A stretch of DNA of 64,000 nucleotides from Minutocellus sp. GHC0000111 (taxonomy: Eukaryota). The notes under the pieces are model-generated. The model searched no databases and was not told where the DNA came from. It worked only from the letters and a program-made list of their open reading frames with translations. Both the position numbers and the translations under genes were made by a program. Below are positions 45,096-55,793 of this stretch, in pieces. The stretch spans positions 7,254,001 to 7,318,000 of the forward strand of contig OZ361256.1 of NCBI GenBank assembly GCA_977018835.1, in the 5' to 3' direction. Within the stretch, counting starts at the first letter, position 1, and every line of letters starts with the position of its first letter.

Positions 45096-47768
45096 TTACA
45101 TAGATGGTCCAAGCATCAAATTAACTTGTCGGCTGACTCCAGCAGGGAGAATCTGCGGCTTCCTAGCTTCCTTTCTCTTGGCATTTTCTGACACAAGGGC
45201 TCTCTCCAGACGTTACAAAGTGCGAGCCTCATTTTCTCTTCATCAAAGGGCAGATTTGCTGTGCTGGACGAAATAGTCTTTTTACCTCCTAGATTTGAGG
45301 TCCGCATTGCCATGGGAGAGAATGATGCATTGTACGTCAACTCGGCAAATCGGGCCATGAGAGCCTGGACTCCTTTTACACCAAAAGCGGAGGCGGGGAC
45401 GACAAAGGATTCGCTGCTTGGTTCCAATTGCGATTCAATGAGAGCGTTGCTGCTCGAGACCTTAGTATCTTCTTTCTCGAGGATGTAGGTGAGGGCAGCT
45501 TTGAGAAGATTGGCGCGCATGGAGGGCGGTGCCAAAATATCGACAGAACCAGAAACATCCTTGTCGACCTTTTCGTCCAAACAGTCCACAATGCTTGCAG
45601 CCAGGACCGATCGATTGTCGTCCTTGATAGCATCGGCGATGTCGCAAACGTGTTGAAGGAGAGCTGTGGACTGCTCTCGGCGAACCAAATGAGCAAGATC
45701 GCCCTCCATGATGGCCTCCAACATCTCCTTGCCAACCCTGCAATAGTGTGCAAGAGCTTGACCCGATGATGGCGTGGCAAGCTCCGACAGGAGAGAACGC
45801 GCTGTTTCCATACAAACGGTGACGAAGCGACGACCGCATGCCCCGGTGAGTTCTACTTGGAGGGGAGATAGGGCCACACCCTTTGCTTCCTCCAAAGTCG
45901 AGCGAACACCAGCCCAAATTTCTACGCCAGTGAGTAGCCAATGCGCTGCACCTCCCGCCTTGCCAGCGGAGGCATGGTGCTGGTACCGGCAATAGCAGAG
46001 AGAGTCACAGGCATCGGCAACTCTGATCGAGCCTCGGGTAATGAGGTCTTCGCAGAGAGTCAGCAAATCTCTTGTCTCGGCGTCAGATTGGGGCGCGTGC
46101 CGTCCCGCCGTTTCTGCAAGAGTTGAGGTTACTCTGACATTGTCTGGGGTTGCAAAGGGAAGGATGAGGCGCGTCGATAGTCTCACTCCGACAGCATGCT
46201 GAGACTGCGAAGCAAATGAGGAGAGAATTGATGATGATGCCTCGAGAAGTAGGTGCGTTTGCAGATCGTACGTGAGCCGTGAAGGTTGGATACTCCCGGC
46301 GGAAGTGAGAATATTGCATAGCAGAGATGCCTGTCATTAATTTGGATTGAGGAGACGACAGTAGTGGATTGAGAAGGCAAGGCGTAAATTAAAAAGGGTT
46401 CTCGTCGGCAGTAGGATATTTCTTCATGGCAATGGCAGCGCGAGTGGCAATATCGTTGGGACGCACCGACGGTCGAACGTAGAGCAACTCGGCGCGCAGA
46501 TTCTCTTCCCACGATTGGAAGTCAATGCCATCGAATTGGCCGCGCAGGATGGACAAGAGTCGACGAAGGCGGGGAGTGCGGTGCATCATCCCTTGGACCG
46601 GACCAGCCTGCGTCATCAGCCGTCCGACGGCCGTCTGCCACGTTTGGTGGGTGTTGGCGGCGGTTCGGGGGTGGTACGTATCACTGCCCTGATCCCACAG
46701 CTGATAGGATTTTGGACCTACGCCCTTGACAAGATGGATGTCATCCTCGTCATCGTCCTGATCCAGGCCCCGCACGGCATGGGCACCGTTCTCGTCGTCC
46801 TCATCCTCGTCGCTGAGGCCATGGTCATTCTCCGTGTCGATGCCACCAGGCAGGGGTGCGCCCAACATTATTCCCTTGAGGATTTCCAGGGCATCCCTGT
46901 CCTCGCAAAGGAAGGGTTCCGCGGCACTGGCACTGGGATCATCGAAGGTACCTCGAAGGGCGGCTTCGTGAACCCGTCGGGCGGCCGAGTGATGCGTCAG
47001 TATCGCCCATGCCTCCCTCAAGCATCCACGGATAGCATAGGCCTCGACCAAGGCCCAGAACAGACTGCCATCGCTACCACCATTTGCGCTGGAGGTGTAA
47101 TGTTCGGGGATTTCGCTATTCATCATGGTCTGGACCTCCTCCGAGGTTGTCCCCAATATAACAAAGACGCTGTCGGCATCCTCGAAATTGAAGCGGAGGT
47201 ACTGGACAGTGTCGGCCGTGGCGGAACCGGGAATGTTGCTGCTGCTATTGCTGGCGGTATGACTGCCATCGATATCCATGGAATTTGGTCCGGAGCTACT
47301 GGACCTACCGGCACTGCTGCTGCTGCTATTGTCGCCGCCTCGGGGGTGGAGGTAAATCTCCGACAGATGAACAAACGCGCTCGACAACTTGAGCAGTTCG
47401 AGGTTGCCCTCGCTTTGCTTCCGCTCCTCCTCACCGAGGTCATCGTCTGACGCCAATTGTTCCTCCCACCCGACCATGCAATCCCGGACGGAACGGCGAT
47501 ATTCCCGGCTCAGAGCGCGGAGACCGGACGCCCCCGGCGACTGACCGCCGGTCGGCATAATTTCGTATCGAGCATCGAGCATCCGCATGAGGGCCGCGGT
47601 TTCGAACTGATTGCACCCGACGCCGTCGTCGGAGTACAGCACCGACAAGTCGACGCCCCCGTCGCTGTCGGCAGAGGCGTTTTCACCGACAAGCATGAGG
47701 GCCGAGGGGGACTTGGGGTCAAAGCCCGAGGCCCGGAGGCCACCGTTATTGCCGGCGGAGGTGGCCAT
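45096..47768 (-). pseudogene. NUP85: Nucleoporin Nup85-like gene with an apparent deletion of the exon-1 end and splice donor (~46390) and a probable C-terminal frameshift (~45213)
   Basis: FWALVEAYAIRGCLREAW, QTWQ, LLSILRG...WEENLRAELLYVRP and GGAAHW resemble Nup85. A good acceptor lies at 46331 but there is no upstream GT donor. An alternate frame gives a natural-looking end RLERALVSENA...LMLGPSM*. Confidence 0.65.
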
Positions 47769-48056
47769 TGTTTTGGTGCTGTTCGGGCTGGCCTAAAAAA
47801 TGCACAAGATGTGGTTTCTGGCAGAGTACGAATGGCAAGACAGAGCCAACAAGGCACCCAACGATTGAGAGGGCCAAGGTAGTATGCCAAGTGGCCGTGA
47901 ACAGCGCTCCCAACACTGTCCAAGATATGATGATGCCCCTCCCCCTCAGCCCTCGTTCGAGGTCGCGTCGTCGCGTCGCGTCGGTCTCCATAACATTTTC
48001 GTCTGTCCGCCAACCACTCTTGATCTTTGCCTCTCTGCCACTCAAAAATCGAAGCA

Positions 48057-49409
48057 ATGGCCGACGACCAAGAGTCAGAAGCGACAACGGCGCCGCCTCA
48101 GGCTGCCACCGAAGCGGAAAATACAGACACGGCAGATGTAGGTGGTGAAGAAGACCTTTCGGGAAAGAGCATCAAGGAATTGCGTGCCCTTGCCACTGAA
48201 CGTCAAGTAGATTTGACCGGATGTGTCGAAAAGCGTGACATGGTCGAACGAATTGCCGCCGCCCCCGCTGTCCCAGTTGCTGCCGCTCCAGCAGCACCAT
48301 GGCCCAACTCGCATGCGTTCAATTTCAATCTCGGCGCCGCGGCAGCTGCGTCTGATTCTGATGATTATGATGGAAACGAAGCATTTGATTTGAATTTTGA
48401 AGCAGCGCAGCAAGCGCAAGAAGATATGATGAATATTCTCCCGCCCTGCATCGTCCGCCGAGTGGAAAAGCTTCGCGAGCTCAACAGCCAGAGGGAGACC
48501 ATCGTGGAACAGTATCAGAAGGAACGTGCCGCTTTGGAGAAGAAGTTCGCCGATCTGTACCAACCCCTGTTTGATGAGCGCAAGGAGACCATCGCTGGCA
48601 AGTTCGATCGCGAGATTGACGCCAAGGCCAAGGAGGATGGCAATGAGAACGAGGAGGAAGATGCCCAGGAAACTCTCGATATTAAGGGCATTCCACAATT
48701 CTGGGTCTGCGCAATGGGCCACATGGAAGCTGTGGCCGAGCTCATTACCGAGGCCGATGTGGACTGCCTCGAAAATTTGACGGACGTGAAATGCATCGAC
48801 AATGAAGATGGGAAGAGCTTTGCCTTGGAATTTCATTTCAAACCCAACCCGTACTTTACCAACACCGTCCTCCGGAAGAAGTACACCATCCCCAATCTGC
48901 TGTTGGATGATGAACCCATCCTCAAGAATGTGGAGGGCGATGAAATCAACTGGAAGGAGAGCATGTGTCTGACCCATCGAAAAATCAAGAAGAAGCAGAG
49001 AGCCAAGTCGGGCAAGAATGCTGGCAAGATCCGTACCGTCGTCAAGAAGGAGAAGCAGGATTCCTTCTTCCACTTCTTCAAGCCTCCCAAGATCCCCACC
49101 ATGGATGAGATGGACGAAGAAGAGGCCGATGCCATTGAGCAGGCCTTTGATGTGGACTACGACGTTGCCCAAGCATTCCGTTCTCATATCATCCCCAAGG
49201 CTGCGCTTTGGTTTACTGGCGAGGCTTTGGATGAGGGATTTGATATTGCCGAAGGTGAATGGCCTGGAGAGGAGGAAGGAGGCGATGATGAGGATGGAGA
49301 TGGCGGTGCAGAGGGAGGGGATGCTGCTGCTGCAGCAGTACCAGCCGGCAATAGCCCCTTCCCACCACCAGCCGAGGGAGAAGAGAACCCCGAGTGTAAG
49401 CAGAATTAA
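48057..49409 (+). CDS. NAP1: Nucleosome assembly protein 1 with N-terminal SAP-like module
   Basis: KGIPQFW, FHFKPNPYFTNTVLRKKY, EINWK, DSFFHFF, IIPKAALWFTGEA; acidic tail and PECKQN. Confidence 0.95.
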   Translation: MADDQESEATTAPPQAATEAENTDTADVGGEEDLSGKSIKELRALATERQVDLTGCVEKRDMVERIAAAPAVPVAAAPAAPWPNSHAFNFNLGAAAAASDSDDYDGNEAFDLNFEAAQQAQEDMMNILPPCIVRRVEKLRELNSQRETIVEQYQKERAALEKKFADLYQPLFDERKETIAGKFDREIDAKAKEDGNENEEEDAQETLDIKGIPQFWVCAMGHMEAVAELITEADVDCLENLTDVKCIDNEDGKSFALEFHFKPNPYFTNTVLRKKYTIPNLLLDDEPILKNVEGDEINWKESMCLTHRKIKKKQRAKSGKNAGKIRTVVKKEKQDSFFHFFKPPKIPTMDEMDEEEADAIEQAFDVDYDVAQAFRSHIIPKAALWFTGEALDEGFDIAEGEWPGEEEGGDDEDGDGGAEGGDAAAAAVPAGNSPFPPPAEGEENPECKQN

Positions 49410-49451
49410 TTACGTTCTTAGATCAAAATTCGATTAATGAAACACGTCGCG

Positions 49452-50818
49452 CTATTCAATGTCGGCTAACCAGTTACGATTTCCACTCTCGGGAACCTCC
49501 TCTATTATAGCGCTTGTAATTTCGCCTTTGGATATATTCACTCCGGCGATCATAGTCCCATTCTGTGCATTGAAATCACCACGATGAAACTGGTGACCAG
49601 AATCCTCGGAAGGGTCCTCGTAATAAGAACCGGCATTGTTTCCACTGAAGCATACACTGCGACCTGTCCAACTTGACGTATAGAAGGTCACGGATGACAT
49701 GCCTTCGCTTTCATTATAGGTTTGACTTGTGACATCGATTGCCACTATGTACTCCTTGTCCTCGAGACTCATGGCATGCGACTTTTTCGTCCCTACTGTC
49801 CTTCCAAATTTCTTTGTGGATCCATCGGAATATTTGAATTCGAATCCAACAACTGCTGTTGATTTCTTCTCAGTGTTGTAACCAAAGCCATCTTTTTTCT
49901 TTGCATAACGCGCGTACACAGACTCGACAACAGGAGGGCCTTCCTGTTTTTCCGGCGGTGTAACAGTAGCTACGGTCTGTTTCTTACCCTTTGGGGTTTT
50001 CTTTGCGACCCCTCCTGATTTCATCAGCATTGCAAATGCATCTTTCTTTTCGGCAGAGTCTTTTTTTGCTCTTTTCGCAGCCGGCCCATCAACATCTCGA
50101 GTAGCTGGAGCACTAGTACGTACTAGTACTGATGACTTCTTCTCCAGCTTTTTTTGCAGTACCTGATCCATTCGAGTTGAAGGGTGCGATTCCCTATTTT
50201 GTTTCTTCTTTGAAGTTCCACATTTCTTCTTTGAAGTTCCACCATAGCGTTGCGCCGATATTTCGTCCAGTCTCTTCCTGATCCTTTCTTCCTCCCTCCC
50301 GGAGAGTTCACAGTCACCGTACAGCTGATCCAATAGGTCAGCATGTTCGTCGTCTAGTCGACGAGCCTTGGCCTCTTCAGCTGCCGCGGCTGCCGCATCC
50401 TTTTCCTCTTGAGTAGGACCATACTGAATGTTTTTCGAGTTGCGACCTTTCCTGTGCCCATGCGAAGATGCTTTTCCAGCTCTGCTTCGGATTTGAACTT
50501 ATGTTGGCATCCACCAACTGGACACTTGTTGGAAAATTTCTTATCGGGGTGTTCCTCGGGATGCTGCCTATAGTACCAAGGTCCAGACCAAACTCCCTCC
50601 GCAATTTCGAAGAAACCATTAGACTTGCACCAGCTGATGCTCTTCCCTTCGGTGTCACCATCCGGACGAATGAACGTTATGTCCTCATGGTCTTCCTCGT
50701 CGTGTCGGTATCTGCCATACTCGTACCCGTAATCATCGTCGAATCCCCCATATCCGTATCCACTAGCACTGCGCCCGCCCTTGCCGAACGAGTAGCCAGG
50801 AGAACCAAAGAAACTCAT
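49452..50818 (-). pseudogene. C2H2 zinc finger + C-terminal jacalin-like domain protein, with a frameshift at ~50445-50465
   Basis: CPVGGCQHKFKSEAELEKHL, then a frame switch into (GH)RKGRNSKNIQYGPTQEEK...LLDQLY, continuous with ORF 49452-50333. The C-terminus VVGFEFKYSDG...LEDKEYIVAI...VTFYTS..GR resembles jacalin beta-prism repeats. Confidence 0.55.
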
Positions 50819-50879
50819 GGTGTTGGTGGATTGCTCAGCACGTCCCTCGCTCAGAGTTGCAACCGCCGGGGTAAAAAAA

Positions 50880-52901
50880 ATGACGGCCATCCTGGCCAAC
50901 CGGCCAACCGCCGTTTTCGGTGCCTGGACATTGGTACGACCGCTAACGGCTGCCACTCCGTTCTTGCTCCTGCTTGCTTTTGCGTGCGTTGGCTGGACGT
51001 TCGCAGCAGTACTTGGACGACTTGGACCCAAACCACAGATGTTCTGTACCTCAGCGGGGATAGTTCGTGCACGTTCGGTGGTGTCCGTGGCGGCATCGCC
51101 GCTTTTGATTCGGCAGGGGCCGTCAAGGCGGCACTTATTGGTGGTATCCGGCCGGCATCCAAATTCCAGCACAACCTGTGGTGCTGACGGTGTCGGAGGC
51201 CGGGTGGTGCGTCAGCATGGGTACCATTCCTTTGCGAGGAGACCCGCGGCGTCTTGTCTATCCCCGGCTTTAGCGTTGTTAGATATCAGGTCCGACAATG
51301 AAGATGAAAGGCACAGGTGGGAACGGCAACCCAACAATGCAATAATAAGACGGTCCCTTCGAGCAAAGTCATTGGGAGGGTCGGCTGATGATGACAAGGT
51401 TGGCAATGCTGATGCCGGTGACGGTGATTCACCATCATCCTCTGCCGGAAGGGGGCAGGAGCTTACCAAAACAGACCAAGATTTTGCCAATTACCTCACC
51501 TCGGCGGATGAATCTTCGGGGGTGATACCACCGGCACCCCCGACATCAACCGATGGTGCCGCAGCAGACAGAGCAAAGTCCTCGGAGGACCCAAAAACAG
51601 CAACGTCGGCAGATGTTCCGCCACCACAATATCAGTATGAATGGAAACATCTAAGCAGCGACCAGCTAACAGCTCGGGAGACGGCATCCGTCAGGGCTCT
51701 GACGAAGCAGTATGAGGACATCGAGCGCATCCAGGAGAAGAACCTCGAGCAATCTCGCATCAGGATGGGTAAGAATGTTCGGCGAGCCCTCACAGGAAAT
51801 CTCGTCATTGCCGCCGCCAAGTTCGGTGCTTGGATTACCTCGGGGTCGTCCGCGATGCTGTCCGAGTTCGTCCACAGCGTTGTGGATTGCGGTAACCAAG
51901 CGTTGCTTCTTCTTGGGTTACGAGATTCCGGTAACGTTGCCGATCGTCGTCACCCCTATGGTTATGGCAAGAGTGTGTACTTCTGGGCTCTGGTGTCGGC
52001 GCTGGGTACTTTCTTCCTCGGTGCAGGTGTGTCCATGACGCATGCCGTCGGAGAGCTCATCGAAGGCCCTAGTTTGCAGGATGTCACGTGGCAGGTTTGG
52101 GGCGTCCTCGGTGTTAGTTTTGCCATTGACGGATGGGTTCTGGGAAAGACCATATACGAGCTGCGACAGGACATGCCAAAGAACACGACGTTCATGAAGT
52201 ACATCCAGAACATGCGCGACCCTGCTACCCTGGCGATTCTACTGGAAGATGGCGCGGCGTGCCTTGGCATCGTGCTTGCCATCGCCGGTATCGGTGCCAC
52301 TCAGTACACGTCCATGCCTGTATTTGATTCCCTTGCGGGTGTTTCCATTTCGGCTCTTTTGGGTGCCATGGGCCTGATCTTAGTTCGGGTCAATCATCGC
52401 TTCTTGCTTGGCCATGCGGTGGATAGTGAGATAACGGAGGGGATTAAGAAAATTCTGCTGAGCCAGAAGAGTATTGACGGAGTATTCAGTATTCAATCGC
52501 AGTGGACAGGTCCAGAAACCTTCTCGTACAAAGCAGAGGTAGATTTTGATGGGACATTCCTGGCTGCCAAACTCATGCCTCGATATCAGACGGAGTTCCT
52601 AAAGGCCCAAAAATCACTCGACAAGGATCTTCGTGTTCTACTCAGCTGGTACGCTGAGGACGTCATGAGAAGTGCAGAACGAGAAATCAAGTACATTGAA
52701 GCTCAAATCCGAAAAGAGTACCCCGGTGCCGAATACATCGAGCTGGAGCCCATGTCGAAGGATTCAGATAGATTTGCGATTGATGATGGTATGGAGGCCC
52801 AGCTGAAGCGGATAGAGATTGAAAACCTGAATCGGTATCTCAAGAGTCTTTATGATCCATCGAAGACCGCGAAATCTGAACGGAAGCCTGAGGACAAATG
52901 A
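50880..52901 (+). CDS. Cation diffusion facilitator (ZnT9/SLC30A9-like metal transporter)
   Basis: GSSAMLSEFVHSVVDCGNQ, HPYGYGKSVYFW, DPATLAILLEDGAA, YKAEVDFDG; N-terminal targeting-like extension. Confidence 0.9.
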   Translation: MTAILANRPTAVFGAWTLVRPLTAATPFLLLLAFACVGWTFAAVLGRLGPKPQMFCTSAGIVRARSVVSVAASPLLIRQGPSRRHLLVVSGRHPNSSTTCGADGVGGRVVRQHGYHSFARRPAASCLSPALALLDIRSDNEDERHRWERQPNNAIIRRSLRAKSLGGSADDDKVGNADAGDGDSPSSSAGRGQELTKTDQDFANYLTSADESSGVIPPAPPTSTDGAAADRAKSSEDPKTATSADVPPPQYQYEWKHLSSDQLTARETASVRALTKQYEDIERIQEKNLEQSRIRMGKNVRRALTGNLVIAAAKFGAWITSGSSAMLSEFVHSVVDCGNQALLLLGLRDSGNVADRRHPYGYGKSVYFWALVSALGTFFLGAGVSMTHAVGELIEGPSLQDVTWQVWGVLGVSFAIDGWVLGKTIYELRQDMPKNTTFMKYIQNMRDPATLAILLEDGAACLGIVLAIAGIGATQYTSMPVFDSLAGVSISALLGAMGLILVRVNHRFLLGHAVDSEITEGIKKILLSQKSIDGVFSIQSQWTGPETFSYKAEVDFDGTFLAAKLMPRYQTEFLKAQKSLDKDLRVLLSWYAEDVMRSAEREIKYIEAQIRKEYPGAEYIELEPMSKDSDRFAIDDGMEAQLKRIEIENLNRYLKSLYDPSKTAKSERKPEDK

Positions 52902-53046
52902 ATTGGTGCTTTGCTCATGTAAATTAAGTGAAGGCTAGCTAGCTATTAGCTAAAAGTTTCTAGTTTCGCTCAAAGTACGCATGATATGAATGTAGATGAG
53001 TAGATGTGCTTGATGATTTCTGCTGCTGCTGCATTTTGGGATTCAT

Positions 53047-55518
53047 CTAAGCCCGAGCAGCAGCTTCCATGTTGGCTTTTGTGATATGTTCCACCGTTGA
53101 CGAATCTGTGGTGTCTAGATGAACATAATTTCCCTTACCGACGCTCGCCAGCTCTTTGGCAAAGCCGGTACCGACAAATTTGTCCTCTGTGTCGATAACC
53201 AAAAAGTTGAAGTCGGGAAGGGACGCCAATTGCTTTGCGCAGGCTAGTACCTCGTCCTTCAAATAAGCTCGGCTGGGCATGCCGTCCTTGCTCTCTGGGT
53301 CAGACGAAGGATCAAAATGTCCTCCGAGTGATATGCACAGAGGCATATTTGCTCTTCCATCTGTGAGAAGGACAATGACGACTCTGCCAACATCTTGCTT
53401 GATCTTTTTGCTATTGAGGCCAGTCCGGATAGCGAGGTCCAAGGCATGCGTCAGGGGCGAGCCTCCGCCACAAGGCATTGCTTCTAAGCGAGTTTTTGTC
53501 AATGCGCTTGATTTGGTGGGAGGCACAAGAACTTGAGCAGTCTCTCCATGGAATTCAATCAGGCAGATCTTATCTCGGCATTTGTAGCTTTCTTGGAGAA
53601 GACTCAGTGCGGCTCCTTTTGCGGCATCCATCCGGTTCAAAGCCATCGAGCCGGAAGCATCTACAACAAAAATAACCAATGATCCTGCTTTGCGTGCCAA
53701 GCGCTGTATCTTGAAGTCATCCCTTGTAATAAAGACAAGCTTATCTTCATTCCTTGTCCCCAACGCTCTAGCTCTTCGGAACTTTTGATAAGGAGCCGCG
53801 GAACGTATAGTGGCCCCCACGGCAATTCTGCCCTTGTCTCCTTTGGGAAAGATTGGCTTGATGAACCTACCTCTCTCGAGGTAAAATATTCGTGACCTCT
53901 TACCACCTTTGCCACGCCTCGTCCATTTATTGAATTTGAGTAACCTTGGATCGATTTGCGTATGGGATGCACCGAGCATGAATTCGGCAGGTATGCCCAG
54001 TTCTTCCTTTTCTTCTGGCGATTCTTGACTTTCGTCTTCATCTTGCTCCTCTTCGTTTGTCTGCTCAGACTCATCATCATTCTCTTCCATATCTTTGTCT
54101 TCATTTTGACGGATGTCTTCCGGTGGAGGAGGTATAGGCTCTAGGTCTGGCTGCTGCGTCTGCTGGGGCGAATTTGGCCCAGACTCTAATTCCTCCTCTG
54201 ATATTGGTGCTTCAACGAATAGAGCTCGAGGAAGAATGGTCAGCAAAACAGCGGTCTGCAGATCCTCGGCGACAACATTTCTTCTGCCAGCAAAAGCGGC
54301 GCTGGCTTTTGCCGCCGAGGCTGCAAATATTTCCGCTCTCTGACCTTCGCAACCAGCGCGGGTGGCTTCTTCGCACAGATAGAGCATTTGATCCGTGCTT
54401 ATCGTGACTGCCGGCAAAAGATCCTGTGCCTTAGATATCTGATCGCGAAGAGATTCTTCTTCCTTTTCGGCTTGTAGTAACGCCTTAGCAGCAGCTGGAG
54501 AGACCTGATCTGTGGTCCCACCACTAAAGCCTAGTACATTCTCCACCGCTTCTAGCCTTTCATCAATATCTAGGAAACTATCTGCAGACAAAGAAATACC
54601 GATCCGATCAAGAAGGTGTTCTCTCAGTTCTCCCTCATCGGGGTTGAATGTGGCGATAAGAAGAGGTTTGCAGGGATACCTCACCGAAAGACCTTCACGC
54701 TCAAGCGTTACGTATCCTTCAGCGATAACATTCAGTAAAATATTTGCGGCCTCTTCGTCAAGAAGATTGACTTCGTCGACATAAAGGATACCTCTGTGTG
54801 CCTTTGCGAGGATCCCGGGGGAAAAGACTGTTCGTCCCTTCTCGATACTTGCCTCCAAATCTACCGTCCCAAGAAGGCTATCTTCCTGAACGTTGAGAGG
54901 AACGGTAATAAAAGGTGTTTCGACAAATTCTGTTTCCAGGTCTTCGACTGATTCGCCGGTAGACAATAGCCTTTCGCGTAATGTGGAGTCGATTCCTAGC
55001 CTACCACTTGGATCAATATTGTAAAGAGACCCCTTTATCCGTTCGATATGAGAAGGAAGAAGCATTTTCATGGATCGGGCCAGGACTGACTTGGCGGTAC
55101 CTCTCCCACCTGACATAATTACGCCACCCACATTTGGATTTACAGCGGCGAGGAGGAGTGCGTGTTTGATCTCATCGTGATTTACAATCAAGCTGAACGG
55201 AAACGGTCTCGCCTCTGGTAAGGAATGACCGAAATTTTGTTTTCTTTGCTGCGTTTCGTCCACAGAAAGTTGTTTACCGAAGCCAGGCTTAAGTTCTTCA
55301 AAGTCACGAACGATTAAGTCATCGGATGATCGGGCTTCTCTTCGTTCATCGGATATTGGGCTGATCACCGCCGGCGGTGGTGACGAGGCAGGCGCCACCA
55401 CGAAACGAATTGAACTTGTTGGCCTACGCGATGCAGTACATGCTGTGGGGACGACGAATGATTGGATATGAAGGAGGGAGGCGAGTGCTAAGATGAAAAT
55501 CTGGTGAATCTTCGACAT
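53047..55518 (-). CDS. chlD: Magnesium chelatase subunit D (AAA+, acidic Pro-rich linker, vWA), plastid-targeted
   Basis: GGRGTAKS, PGILAKAHRGILYVDEVNLL, EGQRAE, FVVDASGSMALNRM, PCGGGSPL, TDGRAN; signal peptide + QSF. Confidence 0.95.
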   Translation of the reverse strand: MSKIHQIFILALASLLHIQSFVVPTACTASRRPTSSIRFVVAPASSPPPAVISPISDERREARSSDDLIVRDFEELKPGFGKQLSVDETQQRKQNFGHSLPEARPFPFSLIVNHDEIKHALLLAAVNPNVGGVIMSGGRGTAKSVLARSMKMLLPSHIERIKGSLYNIDPSGRLGIDSTLRERLLSTGESVEDLETEFVETPFITVPLNVQEDSLLGTVDLEASIEKGRTVFSPGILAKAHRGILYVDEVNLLDEEAANILLNVIAEGYVTLEREGLSVRYPCKPLLIATFNPDEGELREHLLDRIGISLSADSFLDIDERLEAVENVLGFSGGTTDQVSPAAAKALLQAEKEEESLRDQISKAQDLLPAVTISTDQMLYLCEEATRAGCEGQRAEIFAASAAKASAAFAGRRNVVAEDLQTAVLLTILPRALFVEAPISEEELESGPNSPQQTQQPDLEPIPPPPEDIRQNEDKDMEENDDESEQTNEEEQDEDESQESPEEKEELGIPAEFMLGASHTQIDPRLLKFNKWTRRGKGGKRSRIFYLERGRFIKPIFPKGDKGRIAVGATIRSAAPYQKFRRARALGTRNEDKLVFITRDDFKIQRLARKAGSLVIFVVDASGSMALNRMDAAKGAALSLLQESYKCRDKICLIEFHGETAQVLVPPTKSSALTKTRLEAMPCGGGSPLTHALDLAIRTGLNSKKIKQDVGRVVIVLLTDGRANMPLCISLGGHFDPSSDPESKDGMPSRAYLKDEVLACAKQLASLPDFNFLVIDTEDKFVGTGFAKELASVGKGNYVHLDTTDSSTVEHITKANMEAAARA

Positions 55519-55793
55519 GGCGTTTGTTGAATGGCAAACTGCGGAGAAGATATGGCTTTTGTCTCGTTGCTTTCTGCTTATCTTCTCAATTTGACACGGT
55601 GCGAACCCAACGGCCAGTGGTGCGAACCCTCCATGTGGACGAACAGGAGCTCTGGTCCTTCCCTTGCTACGTAGTTTGTTAGGTCTTTACCACCCACACG
55701 GCACTGGTACAAGTAGATTACCTAGGTAAGCTACGTAGCTATATATCTAGTTAAATAAGATCTAGTCTAATCTACCGGTACGCTAGATAAGAT

